From NCBI RefSeq assembly GCF_006345805.1, contig NC_043015.1:37448001-37512000 (forward strand): DNA of 64,000 nt, in the 5' to 3' direction. Below are positions 26,533 through 39,997 of this stretch, piece by piece. The notes under the pieces were generated by a model. It searched no databases, had not been told where the DNA came from, and was given only the letters and a program-made list of their open reading frames with translations. A program made the position numbers and the translations under genes. This DNA comes from Octopus sinensis. Its lineage: Eukaryota. The stretch's first letter is position 1. The number at the start of each line of letters is the position of its first letter.

Positions 26533-29500
26533 TATATACGACGAGCGATACTCTTCTGCAAAATTTTATTGAATTGACATCGAAGCCATGCATTGTACAT
26601 CAGCAAGGGGTGTGAACCGCTGCTTTCAGAGCAATTTTTGTTTTTTTACAAGTTCTCCTTTTGGTCTTGACGTTGTTGTCTTTAAGATATCGTTAATTCA
26701 AGACAAAACGCTGTATGTTCTGCCAAACAATCTTGTAGACAGACATTTTCACTCCAAGGTCAGATATTTTTGTCTAACGTTCAATGGCGAAACTTTCAAA
26801 AGTAATACGATTGGACAATATTTTATCTTATCTTTATTACTGTCCTTAATACTTAAATGTATTTTCTTCTCTTTGATCTTCACACTCATTACATTCTGCT
26901 GTTTCCCGGACAATACTTTCTTTCCTTCCGTTAATTTTCTTTATATGTCTTTTTTTTGTTTGTTTTCCTCTGTTCTTTGTTTCTCCCATCCTCTTCCCCT
27001 ATTTTTCATCTTCTTCCGTATCTTTTGGTTTTTTTTTGCATCGTTTTGTTTTTTCCTTTCATATTGCTTTTCTTTGTTCTTGTGAGTCACTTATCTTATT
27101 ACATCTACCTACCGCTATGTGGTCTACCTACTTATGGTAATTACTTGAAGCCGAACGAAGAAAGTCCTCCTTCAAAGCTAAAGTGTTCTTGGTATCGATT
27201 CAGCGATTTTGATGGACAGTAGATTCGAAATGTGGCTCTTTCGTCTACACTCTCCACGCTCTGCTCGCCCAAGCTGCCATCACTCCAGTAACCGCGAAAA
27301 TGCATACGCACCTACATACATATAGATATGTGTATGTGTGTGTATGTGTGTGTGTTCGTGTGTATGTGTGTGTATGTATGTATGTATGTATGTATGTATG
27401 TATGCATGCATGTACGTATGTATGTATGTATGTATGTATGTATGTATGTATGTATGTATGTATGTATGTATGTATGTATAGACGTGTTTCAGAGATGACC
27501 TCGTGCAACAAATGATTTGATCTTAGACCACGCGCTGAAAATAAGGACATTATTTCCTGGAAAAAACAAACACGTCGATGACCAGGTTATAGATAATGTG
27601 TCCCAAAATTTTGACACCGAATAATAAATGATTTATTGAAGTTAACAGGTTTTGTGTGTTTCTAAATATGCAGAATGTGTCGTCTACACTGTAATAAGAG
27701 ACTCAGACCGAGAGGGAGAGAGAAGAGAGAGAGAGAGAGAGCAAAGAGAGCGTTTATTGAAAATATTTTCTACTCGTCGTTGTGTCCTGTGAAATGAATT
27801 TTCCGTGTTGTATGTATTTATTCTGTGTTTCTCTTCTATATATCTAATATTTATCGGGTCACCATTATCACAGCTAATTTCCGTACCTCAAAATTATGTA
27901 AAAGTATTATAATCCATCCGCATGTATTACGTATACGTTTACACTTTATGCATAAATCAAAAGTGATAGGAAAGCGAAAGAGTGAGAAACAGATACAAAG
28001 AGAAACAGATAGAAAGATGCGGAAGAGAGAGTTATAGCAAGTGCAAGAATGATACATATATCGATAAATAGGGTCAGATACGTAGACAAATATTTTTCAT
28101 AAAAATCACGAAACGATACAAAACTGGACAAACCAAAAAGCAAAAAACGTCTAATTGATCGGTAAACAAACGGACGACGTTTTGTGGGAAAATTGATTTC
28201 AGCCATTTTTGATTTCATTGAAATTTTTACTTGTTGACCGATAGTCACTTCAAACAGCTATTGGTCTTCAAGAAGCAAACAATGTCATCACAAGATTTTA
28301 ATGGTCTTTGTCAAATGATTCTAAGGACAATTCGTTATATATATTCTGACATTTTGCGTTTTTTTTTTGTCTCTGTCTGGTTTTATTTACTTATTCATAT
28401 ATTTGGTTGTTTTTTCAAAATTTTATTCATCTGTTTTTTTTTTCTTTCTTTTTATCACTTGGCGCCATAAACTAGTAATTTATTCCCTCTATCTCCTGGA
28501 GATAAATGAGGGAAGCTTTCAATTTGTTATTCAATATTTTGCTATTCTAGAATCTTCCTTCACTCTCCATTGGTGAATTATTCAAATGTTTCCTCCATTC
28601 GTACATTTTTTTCATTTTTTCCTTTCTATTTTGTTTTTGTTGTTTTTGTTTTTTCATAGATTTTTTTTTTGTTTTCTTTTTTTGTCGGCAGTAATCTTTT
28701 TGTAGTTCCTCAGAAATTGCTATCAATGTTACTGTTGTTGCTCTTTCTTGTCTGCAAATTCTTTAAATTCTTTACATTTGTCGTTTATGATCTTTTTGTT
28801 ATATTTACGCATTGTTGTTGAGGTTTCTCGATATCTTTATTGTTGTTATTGAAGATGACAGCATTTTTTTTCCTATTATTGTATTTCTTATATCGGTATA
28901 TCCCGGTTACAATCAAAGTCGATTGTATTGACCACAGACTGGTGACTAGTATTTATGCTTTATTGACCCAAGAGGGATAAAAGGCAACATTTACAAGGGC
29001 AGTATTTGAACTCCGAAAATCGAAGTTTCGAACAATGTGAAAGAAAGAAAGGCGGAGAAAAAAAACAATCAACGTTCAGTCCGGTCGTCTGCAATGTTAG
29101 TGAAGGTGAAATGCATAGTTTTAACAATTCCCCTAAAAATATTTGTGTCAATGTTGCAATAAACACATGTCGATATTATTGACATTAATGGCAAGTGTCA
29201 CGTCAAGTAAATTCACATAAGTGTATTTAGCGGCCCGGTTTCGATTCTCGGTTGATAGCAATAAAACCCATTTTGGTGTCAACATCAAATATCGTTCTCT
29301 TCTAAATAATGCGAAGAGGTGGGTAAAATATTGACTCCGGAGGAACTAGAAGAATTGTTACTGGCTTTGTGGCAAAATTTTAAATCCATATTATTGACAT
29401 TAATAGCAAATGTCACAACCAGAAGAATTTTTACAAGTTTATTTAGCGATCTGGTTTCGATTCTCAGTTAAGAGCAATCAATTCCATTTTAATGTCAAAA

Positions 29501-30435
29501 TTAGATGTCATTTCCTTTCAAATGGTGCGAATGCGATAAATTATTGGTTTCGAGGAAAATGGTTATGGCCTTGTGTTACCAACAATTTGTTTAAGGCGTG
29601 TTTTATCTAACCTTCCTTGAACTACCCATGTCTTGTTGAATAGCCACGGGATAGTAAATTAATATCCATAGCAAAAGATTGTATTGAATACCTGTGTTAT
29701 TTTTATGGTTGTTGTTCATGTTCTTGTGATATATAAATAAACACTGGCTCAGCTGTGATCATGCAGATTCGCAACAAAATATATTCCAGCTCTGTCAATC
29801 CTTCTTCTGTTAGATTCTATCTCAATCTCTGTCATCTGTTATCTTTTTTCCTTATTTATGGCATTAAAAATGGAGAGAGATTTGGCTGCCATTTGGAACA
29901 ATCTGAGTATCCCTATAGAGGCTCTCTTATTGGTTCACACTTCACAACGCGTTAAGTTTCTAAACTCACTATTACCTCAACCTCACCTCCACACTTACAT
30001 CCCAAGTACTCTGCGATCCCCATCAAGTTTCTCATATCTGTCCTACCTACTGTAACCCTTACATTAGCTCTCCTATGACATAAAGTCACCTATAAAACCT
30101 AATATCCTATAAACTGTTCTGAAGCTCTTATTGCACCTGTTACGTCGTAAGGGTCCTCATATCCCTACCAGTGTATCTGTTACATATGGCATAAGTATTC
30201 TTAGATAGCCATTACCCGTCTAGTATAAGTTATTTGGCTAACATATTAACACCCTTATGTTATAATTGTCCTAACCTCCGAATTTCTTATCCATATATCC
30301 TAAGAGAAATATCACATTCAGATCACATAACCTTCAAACGTTGTATCTTTTGAAAACATGATAAGTCCGACATATACTAATACATATAATCCGCATTCGT
30401 CAAGGCGGTTGAAAACCCCCTTTATAAGGTTTCAG

Positions 30436-30660
30436 TTGGACCTCTTGCGATATAAGTGCAATGTTCAATGACGATGACGGCCCAGACACCCCACCCTCAC
30501 CCTCAAACCCTTTTAAAGACAAACTCCCCAGTAGTAATGCAACAAGTTTCGCATCTTGGTATAACTCTCTGCAGAGAAAATATAGCAACTTTACAAAATA
30601 TAAAAATAATTTGGCCAACACGTTATATCTTGTGACTCTTTGCCAAATTCATAAATATAT
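30436..30660 (+). CDS. Candidate internal exon of an unidentified gene (225 nt, phase 2-2)
   Basis: TTTCAG acceptor at 30430-30435, GTAAGC donor at 30661, length divisible by 3 and one open frame ([33 protein letters not shown]...TLCQIHKY). No homologue recognised. Confidence 0.3.
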
Positions 30661-30849
30661 GTAAGCATATATGTGTGTGCGAGTGTGCGTGTGTGTGCAT
30701 GTAAATACACATACTTATGTACACAATTCATACAAATATCTCTTTTTCTCTTTCTTTCCCACCTCTCTCTCTCTCTCCCTGTCTCTCCCGTTATCAATGT
30801 ATCAATGTATCTTTCAGCATATACATATTTATGTATATATATATATGTA

Positions 30850-30916
<67 letters not shown>

Positions 30917-30934
30917 ATTGGGAGAAAGATACAC

Positions 30935-30967
<33 letters not shown>

Positions 30968-31673
30968 GTGTGTGTGTGTGTGTGTCTGTGTGTGTGTGAC
31001 AGTGTGTGTGTATATGTATATATCTGTATCTCTCTCTCTCTTTCTATGTGTATATATATATGTGTGTGTGTATGTGTACGCGCGTATTTATGTGCGTGTG
31101 TGTATCTATGTATGCAAACACTCACTATATAAGAAGAGTCTACAGTCTATAGAGCTATATGTACGTATATAAACGAGTGTGTGGTTCTGAGCGTGGGATT
31201 ATGTGTATGTATGTATATGTATATATATGTGTATGCGTGTGAGTGTATAATTTGCGTGCAAACGTCTCCGTTGTCAATTAAATCTATATTAATATCTAAA
31301 CAGTAAATGTTCCAAGAGTATCTTTAGCAATATTTTCTCGTGTACACAACAATGCATGAGTAATTATAGCACAAAATAGGAAGACGAAACCTCGGTTGTG
31401 AAAATTCTGTGTGTCTTGGCGGGTGCGAGTGCGCGCCGGTATATGTGTTAGCAGTTATATAGAGAGGGAGGGGGATATGGGGAGGAGCGAGAGTGAGTGA
31501 AGGAGAGAAGGAGAGAGAATGACATACAGAGAAAGGCAAGAATGAGCGATAACTAATTTTTGTGAAACAGAGCTTTTGACACTTAATATAAATACGTATA
31601 CAAGCACACACATACGCAGAAACGAACACACTCTTACACACACATACACACTCACACACATACATGCGTTTGA

Positions 31674-31704
<31 letters not shown>

Positions 31705-32123
31705 AAACGAACAAACAAGCTCTAATGTTCCATGTAGAGTTTATTTTGCCTTCCTCGACGAAACGATTCAAATTCTCATTAGTTGAATCGCACAGAATTT
31801 AGAAAACAAAACTCTCTCAATCAAACGGAAGCTTGCTTCCAGTTAATATGATTCCCTCAGCTTCTGTGTTCGCTTATTTCGCATTGCAGGATAACTAAGT
31901 CTCCTTCTGATTGGTTGATTCACATCAAGAGCTGCTGTTGGAAGATGACTATTTCTGTTTCTTAAAAATCAGACGGCGAATGCTAATGACTGTTGGACAC
32001 TATAAAAGCAACTTTCCTTAATAGGGAACCACATGGGTTCCTATTGAAGGATTATGTGCGGAACGAATGCTCTTAATTTTTAGTATACTCTCTGCGCAAT
32101 CCATTGTTTCTAATATATATATA

Positions 32124-32177
<54 letters not shown>

Positions 32178-33424
32178 TATATATATTTAAAATTATAAAT
32201 TAGGGTATCTACGTGATACCACCATGCTGAAAATAGCAGTCATGACCAGTCTGTAAAACCACCTTAATTGTCCATATAGCAACAGAGAAGACGAAGAGAC
32301 AAGACGAAACTAGTAAAATATTACTGGATAGTTCCAGATCTTGGATTTCTGGCTTTGCATTTAGGAATGCTTTGCCTCGTCAGTGGAATACACACATACA
32401 TATATATGATGATGCACAGCCTAGTGGTTGGGATGTTTGGATTCCTAGACCTGGGTGGTGCGTTGTATTCTTGATCAAAATACTCAATCTCATGTTGCTC
32501 TGCGATCACCTGACGTGTGATGCATCCTGCACTTGTTCAGACAACGTCGATTTAATGGAAGGAGTGAACTAATGTATAGCACACACACACGTGATCGTTC
32601 GGCAAAAGTCTTTTAAATTTCGAGCCTACGCTCTTCAAAAGAAAAGAACACGAGAAAAAATCTTGCAGCGTTAGGTGTCAAGTTTTATATATACCTACAC
32701 ATAATATGTCTAAGGATATTATTGTATTCTTCTAATGGTTTCAGTCGTAGGACCGCGGTCATGCTGGAGCACCGCCTTAACGGTTTGTACTTCCTTTATG
32801 GCAGGAATTTGTTCTATGATCGAATATTTTTGCAGCCGATCTACTCTGAACGTTATCTCGGAATGATTGCATCGTCAGGTATCATCGTTAGAAGTTCATC
32901 CAATGTTTTGTTTGTTTTTTTCTGTTTACTGTTTCACCGGACGTTTCTTTTATACTTCTGATTTCTTTAGATAAGTAGTTGAGCAGTTGAGGATCTCTAC
33001 GTATGAGACAGGTACGATAGAGTGGTTTTGTCCGTGATTTTAAAACGGATAAATTTGGAAGCTGAGAGCGTCAGGCACTTCGTGTATTTAAGATCTCTCT
33101 AAAGCCGAAGTATAGAACATGCTCCTCTAGGATTTTCCAAATGTCAGCGCTAGTACATCTCTCTCTCTCTCTCTCTCTCTATCTCTGTTCGGATTTCAAT
33201 ACAGAAGATACGTAGAGCGTTCAGGTGTTCTAGTGATTAAAGCTTTTAACTGATGGTATTTTACCGGTGAGCGTAGGTTGTATCACTTCAATTTCTTCTA
33301 TGAGACCGGATGTGTTAAGAGATTACAGCTGTGAAACAATAACCTAATCTACTCAGAACAAGGGTTTTACATAGAATTATGTTAGCTACGAGCTCTCTTG
33401 TGACGAAGGTTCATATATATTTCT

Positions 33425-33622
33425 TGATTGCCCACAGGGGACTAAACACAGAGTGGACAAAAAAGGACAGACAAAGTGATTAAGTTAAGCTGGTACTTAT
33501 TTAAGCGACCCCGAAAGAATGAAAGGCAAAGTCGACCTCGTCAGAATGTGAACTCAGAACGTAACGGCAGATGAAGTACCGCTAAGCATTTCACCCAGCG
33601 TGCTAACGATTCTGCCAGCTCA
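33425..33622 (-). mobile_element. SINE family A
   Basis: CCCGAAAGAATGAAAGGCAAAGTCGACCTCGTCAGAATGTGAACTCAGAACG...GTGCTAACGATTCTGCCAGCTCAC is collinear with 4738-4958. Confidence 0.88.
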
Positions 33623-34438
33623 CATATATACATGTACATGAACATATATATGTATATATATATACACCACACACATATATATACGCATACATATATATGT
33701 GTGTGTGTGTGTGCGTGCGTTAAGTATATATATACATGTGTGTGTGTGTGTGTAGTGTATGTACAGACAAGAATTTCAGCATAGTACTCAATACCATGGA
33801 ATGTGTGCGTTTTGTGGTTATTTTAACCGACCATCACACTGACTAGGGTTAACACAAATACATATACACACCGGTGTATATTCGCATATATATATACACA
33901 CAATATTATAATACTTAATAATAATAAAAATATATATAAAGGGAGAGAGAGAGAGAGAAATGGACTTGAACAAGAATAGTCTGTGTGAAAGTTAAAAAGA
34001 TAAACTGAACATAAATAGGTGGTAAGTAAGTAAAGAATAAACGAATAGAAGAATGAAGCAGGAAGAATAAGCGATTGTACAAAGGATGAACTTTATTTGT
34101 TGCAGCTGAATAAGAGAACAAGAAGATAAAACGAAGAAGAGGAACAGAGACGGAACGGAATATAGAAGACGGCTAACATATGACTTTGCCTTTCACCGAA
34201 TATAATTAATTGCTATAAATAACCTATTAACGTTGTAATTAGAAACAGCGGAGTTTTCTTTCTTTTGCGGTTTCGCAATCAATCAGTCTTTCCTTGTGTG
34301 GGCGGAACGGGGAGCTTGACGCCTCTCAGTGTGTTTAGGTGTGAGTGTGTATTCAGGTGTGTATTCAAGTGTGTGTGTGTGTGTGTTTATGTGTGGTTAT
34401 ATGTATGCATATTACTATGCATGTATCTATATACATAC

Positions 34439-34483
<45 letters not shown>

Positions 34484-34566
34484 ATATATATACGAGTGAG
34501 TAGGTATATTGTATATGTACACTCACATGTATATGCGTATGGGTATTACTCTTTACTCTCTTTTAT

Positions 34567-34742
34567 TCTTTTATTTGTTTCAGTCATTTGACTGCGGCCA
34601 TGCTGGAGTATCGCCTTTAGTCGAACGAATCGACCCCAGTACTTATTCTTTGTAAGCATTGTACTCATTCTATCGGTCTCTTTTGCCGAACCGCTAGGTT
34701 ACGGTTGTCAAGCGATGGTTAGGGAGGAACAAACATACACAT

Positions 34743-34785
<43 letters not shown>

Positions 34786-34879
34786 CGACGGGCTTCTTTC
34801 AGTTTCCGTCTACCAAATACACTCACAAGGCTTCGGTCGGCCTGAGGCTATAGTTGAAGATACTTGCCAAAGGTACCAC
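34567..34879 (-). mobile_element. SINE family B with internal (CA)n(TA)n tract
   Basis: Both halves match the reverse complement of 53134-53582. The tRNA head is missing. Confidence 0.88.
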
Positions 34880-34989
34880 ATAAATATGAGAGTTCAGCTT
34901 TTGCTGAATGGACTGCAGAACCGATTTGTTTCTAGTGTTTCTGTGCCGTACATTATTTCATTTTTCCCCCATCAAATCGATGTAGTCTG

Positions 34990-35140
34990 AACAGGTGCAC
35001 AGGTGTGCCTCGCATCAGTGTTGAAGTGGTCGCGGAGCAACGTGGGATGAAGTATTCTACTCCAGAACACAACGTACCACTCTGTCCAGAAACGAAATCA
35101 CGATCGCTGCATCGTAAGTGCAACCACTAGTCCAAGCGCC
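34990..35140 (-). mobile_element. SINE family C head region, degenerate
   Basis: GGAGCAACGTGGGATGAAGTATTCTACTCCAGAACACAACG resembles 38860-38880 and 47560-47600. Confidence 0.5.
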
Positions 35141-35362
35141 CACATACATATATATATATATACCTATATATAAATCCAAGAAAGTTAGAGGTTGTGAATC
35201 CAAGGGATAATATCTATCCAATATACTGCTGGTAGAATACCCAGTTATTAATACACAAGTGTTTTTTATTGCATTGTAATTACTTTACCTAGTGTACTAA
35301 ATTGGTGAAGGTAAAGAGATATTTTACCATTAATTTAGAAAGCAATAAGAAAATGGAAGGAA

Positions 35363-35570
35363 TCAATAGGTGGTTCATCAACTTTTAGGCATTATATTAT
35401 GTCAACTTATTTATCTATTTACTAAAATGAAAATTACAGGAATATACATACATGTATAACATATTATGCTTCATGTTATACATGTATGTATATTCTTGTA
35501 ATTGTCATTTTAGTAAATAAATAAGTTGACATATAATATAATGTCTAAAAGTTGATGAACAACCTATTGA
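35363..35570. repeat. Long foldback (about 98-bp arms, 10-nt loop), MITE-like
   Basis: 35363-35462 is the reverse complement of 35473-35570 apart from 4 substitutions and 2 small indels (CTAT, AT). Confidence 0.93.
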
Positions 35571-37139
35571 GCCCCTCCATTTTCTTATTGATCTATACAT
35601 ATATATATATGTGTGTGTGTCTGTGTGCGCGGTGGGCTGGAAAACGCCGAATGTATAACTTTTCATACTTAAACAAGAAATTTTCCCACATTTATAATTT
35701 CCTTGAGCAACGGATAAAAATTATTGATAGAAAATCTATGTTTAATTTCTGGAACGTTTTTGAAAGAATTGAAGTCATCATTTTGTCAGCGGAATTATTT
35801 CGAGTATGCCAAGTGGATAGTGATCTGTTTTCTAGGACACTGACGATACCATACCAAAATAGGTACACACACACATTTTTCCCGCACATGCTTGCATATT
35901 AATATCTATTACATGTTAAACTCCTCAACTATTTTTACATATTTTCTTAGTCACGTGTCAATTTCTACATTGCTTTGTTTCTCATTTTGTGAAACCAAGC
36001 GCCTGACACTCGATGCTGGCATACGTATGCCTGCGCTTTCATATTTATTAATACTCTTCCTAGAATTAGGGAACTGGTTTCTAAGAAAGAAACAAAAGGC
36101 CCTTTCTCTTGACAAACATTGTTCGATATGTAACATCTAAAATTGTTGCTTATCGAATATCAAAGCTTTAAAATCTTACAATTCCATTTAAATATTCATA
36201 ACTGTAAAATTCGAGTTGGTCAACCTTTATCTTTATTTCAAAATCCTGGCTTTCCCTTTTGTCACTTAGACAATTACTAATATGTAAAAGTGTATTAATG
36301 ATTTTGGAACATATGGGAATGTATATTCACTGTTGTGGTGACTCAGGTTTCCCAACAGTTGTCCATTGTTGTTCTTCCTCTCACTGCTACAGCGGCTGTT
36401 ACGATAAACATTCAACGACAATTCATTCTGTCTTTCTGGTCTTTCTGGTTCAGATAATTATATGTATGTGTTGCGTTGGTTAGGAGAATGTTAATGCGCC
36501 CGCACATACACATGCCACTCTATACATGTTGATATGTATGTTTTATTGTATTCTTGTTGTTCACCTGCTTGTCAATGTATTTTCCTCATATACCTGTAAA
36601 AAACTACTTACTCATTCCCTTAATCTAGTTAAACCCAATGGCGTCTAAACAAACACGTCCCTACAAATAATGTCTCGGATTTATTTAAACACGAAGAAAT
36701 GCGAAACTTATTTTAAATTACAAGATTACATACTCTGTTATATATGTTACAGCGATATAGTAACACAGAACACAATAGCACCACACGTTGCCATGATTTT
36801 CCCATTTAATACGTGAAAAAAATGGTGGTGAAGTTAATTAAATCGCTGCATTCTTGTACGAGAACTGATTAACAAATGTCGATGGTTGTAAAGTGGAGAA
36901 ATCAGTAATTTCCTTTTTTAGTGTTATTATTTATAGTTAACTGCTTATGTGATTCGAGTGCACCGTAATTATATCGCTGTAGGTGAAATAGGAACTTCAC
37001 GTTATCGATTGAAATACGAAAAGAAGCAGGACGGAGGGAAAAAAAATCGTGATTACAGGATGAGGAAATAAATATGTAAATGTGGAATTAGGGAGGTGGA
37101 TATTGGGGTATGCATGTACGTATGCATGTATGTATGTAG

Positions 37140-37403
37140 ATAGGTAAGTAGGTAGGTAGCTAGCTAGCTAGGTATGTAAGTAGGAAGGTAGGTAGGTAGG
37201 AAGATTGGTAGCTAGGTATGTAAGAAGGGACTTAGGTAGGTAGGTAAGTAGGTAGGTGGGTGTGTAAGTAGGTAGGTAGGTATATATATATGTATGTATG
37301 TAGGTAGGTAGGTAGGTAGGTAGGTAGGTAGGTAGGTAGGTAGGTAGGTAGGTAGGTAGGTAGGTAAGTAGGTAGGTAGGTAGGTAGGTAGGTAGGTAGG
37401 TAG
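37140..37403. repeat. (TAGG)n microsatellite
   Basis: Direct reading. Confidence 0.95.
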
Positions 37404-37798
37404 TTGGGTGGGTTATTGGATTCGTAAATAATGCACCAGTAGGAAACCAGCTGGAGGGGAAACATCCATATAAACACTCAAATATATCTCTGTAGTATCA
37501 CTGATACACACACAGACATATATACGTGCATATATATGCACTCACTTATATCTACGCACATTATAAATATATGTATATATATAACTGTTTGTGTATGCAC
37601 GTAGATATGTTTGTGTGTGCATTGTGTGTGCATATGTGTGCATATGTCTGTGAGTGTATCTGCGATGGTATAGAGATATATTTGAGTGTGTATGTGGGTG
37701 TTTCCCCTCCAGCTGGTTTCCTACCGGTGTATTATTTACGAACCCAATAACCCACCCTACTACCTACCTACCACCTACCTACCTACATACCTACCGAT

Positions 37799-37838
<40 letters not shown>

Positions 37839-38057
37839 AGTTAATCCAAAATTGAAAGCACAAAGAGAAAGCACAACAACACGAGGACGTGGAACAAGTA
37901 TAGTATTATTGGACGCTCTGGAAAGGAAAGAAAGAAGATGGTTTAACGTTTCGAGCGGAGCTCTTCGTCAGAAACATAGGAAAAGGAAAATCTGAGGAAG
38001 GGAAGACGGAGGAAAAAGTCGACAACGGTACACACGCGGTCACCTTTTGAATAACCG
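37839..38057 (-). mobile_element. ~220-bp Penelope-type terminal element with intact minimal hammerhead-like motif
   Basis: Sibling of 26219-26440. Minus strand 37977-37938 reads ATGTTT-CTGACGA-A-GAGCTCCGCTC-GAAACGTT-AAACCAT. Abuts (TA)n. Confidence 0.75.
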
Positions 38058-38413
38058 GAAGGAAATGGGTGAAGAAAAAGTTCTTGCAAAGACAGGAGAG
38101 TGCAAGAAAAGGAAGTATGTATGTTTATGTGTGGATATGTGCGTGCGCGCAGGTCTGTGTGGTTGTGTGTATGTGTGTGTGTGTGTGTGTGTGTGTAATG
38201 ATAGCACGTGTGTCTGTCTGTGTGTGTGTGTGTGGTCGTGGCTATTAATCTATGTGTGTGACACACACACATATACGCATGCACAGAGTGGGATAGAGAG
38301 GAAGACGTTTTTGAAAAGGGTATTACTGAGCCCGAATGAGAGGGACATATATCCGACAGGTACCTTTCGGTCTTTGTTGTCTTGGAATTTTTTTCTTTTC
38401 GAATGAAGCCTTG

Positions 38414-38660
38414 GTGCAGTGGACGATAGAGCATCGCGTGTTTGCATACGACAGCTACGTGAAAGAAATCGAAATTGACGTGAAAGTAGAGCAAGCCCCA
38501 AAGACTGCTCTGTTTGGGACAGCTAAGTTTACGAGATTGATACTTGGATGAAGAATGTCTCCCACGATGATTACGAACTAAGTATCAAAGCTTATAAAGT
38601 GCGGTAAGAGACTCTGTGAGACCAATGACAGCAGGCTGCTGTTCGCTCTCACAGAACCTC
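38414..38660 (+). pseudogene. Internally deleted Tc1/mariner transposase remnant
   Basis: VQWTIEHRVFAYDSYVK resembles the recalled N-terminus of DUF4817-type mariners. A downstream SIKAYKV..RLCETNDSRLLFA resembles L.PYK...Q.L...D...R..F. Confidence 0.5.
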
Positions 38661-38726
38661 TCAGAACAAACAAGACCGAATGTTCTGAGAAGTAAAACGA
38701 TAATGGCTGAGTATTTCAAACGATAG

Positions 38727-38880
38727 TGGCTGAGTATTCCACAGATACGTGTACCCTTAATGTAGTTCTCGTGGGGAGATTCAGCGTGACACAGAGTGTG
38801 ACAAGGCTGGCCCTTTGAAATACAGGTACAACTCATTTTTGCCAGTTGAGTGGACTGGGGCAACGTGAAATAAAGTGTCT
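38727..38880 (-). mobile_element. SINE family C, central part
   Basis: Collinear with 47420-47580 (CCACAGA..CGT.CC...GTGACAC.GA.TGTG.CAAG.CTGGCCCTTT). Confidence 0.85.
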
Positions 38881-39997
38881 AATATGAAAGAATATGACAA
38901 ATGAATTGCCTTTATGGAGGCCTGACGAAGGTTAGCGAGGAGATCACACAGAGACGGCTGTGGCTGTCTGATCACTCATGATTAAAGGCTGAGAAGTGTA
39001 GCAGGTAGACTTTGTTGCCTTAATAATAAATAATAGTCCGAAGGTCTGTTTTTCCTGTTTTCAGTGAGGGTTAGTGGTGCACAATGAGTAATATTTACTT
39101 TATTTTTAACTTTGAAGAAAAAATATTTTTATAAATGTTTGCTCTCTAGCAAAAACTACATCAGCTAAGCAAATGATTTTCTCTAAATGCATTAAAAAAT
39201 CTCAGTAACATATTCAGAACACTATTTCAGAAAATTATCTCCGTTCTCTTATAAAAAAAAAAAAGCAAATTTAGACGAATCAAAATAATTATGACAAGGT
39301 AAAATAAATTTGCCTCTTCAGTTCTCCAGAATTACATTTGAAAAACATCTCATACGCATTAATATCGAGATCAAATGAAACGGAATCATGGAAAAATGGC
39401 GTAATATGAAATTAACAAAACTTGACTAAATCAACGAAAATCAACATACAATATTCTCTATGGCTGTTGGAGTGGTTTTTCTACTAAATTCTAGTTTCAG
39501 CATCTCATCTAACCCCTCATAACTTTTGAAAGTTTAGACATTCTCAAAGCACACGAGAATTCAAAGAACTATGAAAAATTTGTTTTTAATTTTCCGTTGT
39601 TTTTTTTTTATTACAGACAGTCCTAAATTTTGACTTCAATCCTAGCAATTGTCGTCTATTGAACGTGTTTATGGGAAGAAAGATATTAAAAAACACCAAT
39701 ATGTCAAAGTGACAAAGACAAAAGGAGAGTGTCAGGTGGTCGTGAGATGTGCTATAGATAATAGCTAAAGAGCCCTTAAATCAGACAAAAAATTCCTTTT
39801 TAAAAAATTAGTTGTACGGAATCCCACGTACAGAATACAAATTCGTAAAACTTTCCTGAAAATTGCTAAAACTAGAAAAAGTTATGAGATGTTATATGGA
39901 GAGCTTAAAACCGAATTCCTTCTGGCTCTCTTCCCGATACATTTACGCACCATGAAGTTAAAGACAAGAGATTACTGGAATTCTGCAATTAGTCCTT

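Noticed and set aside
31910-32008. Reverse CCAAT plus TATAAAAG promoter
   Set aside because: Short motifs expected by chance in AT-rich DNA, with no initiator or downstream exon. The same applies to TATAAAAG near 58257.
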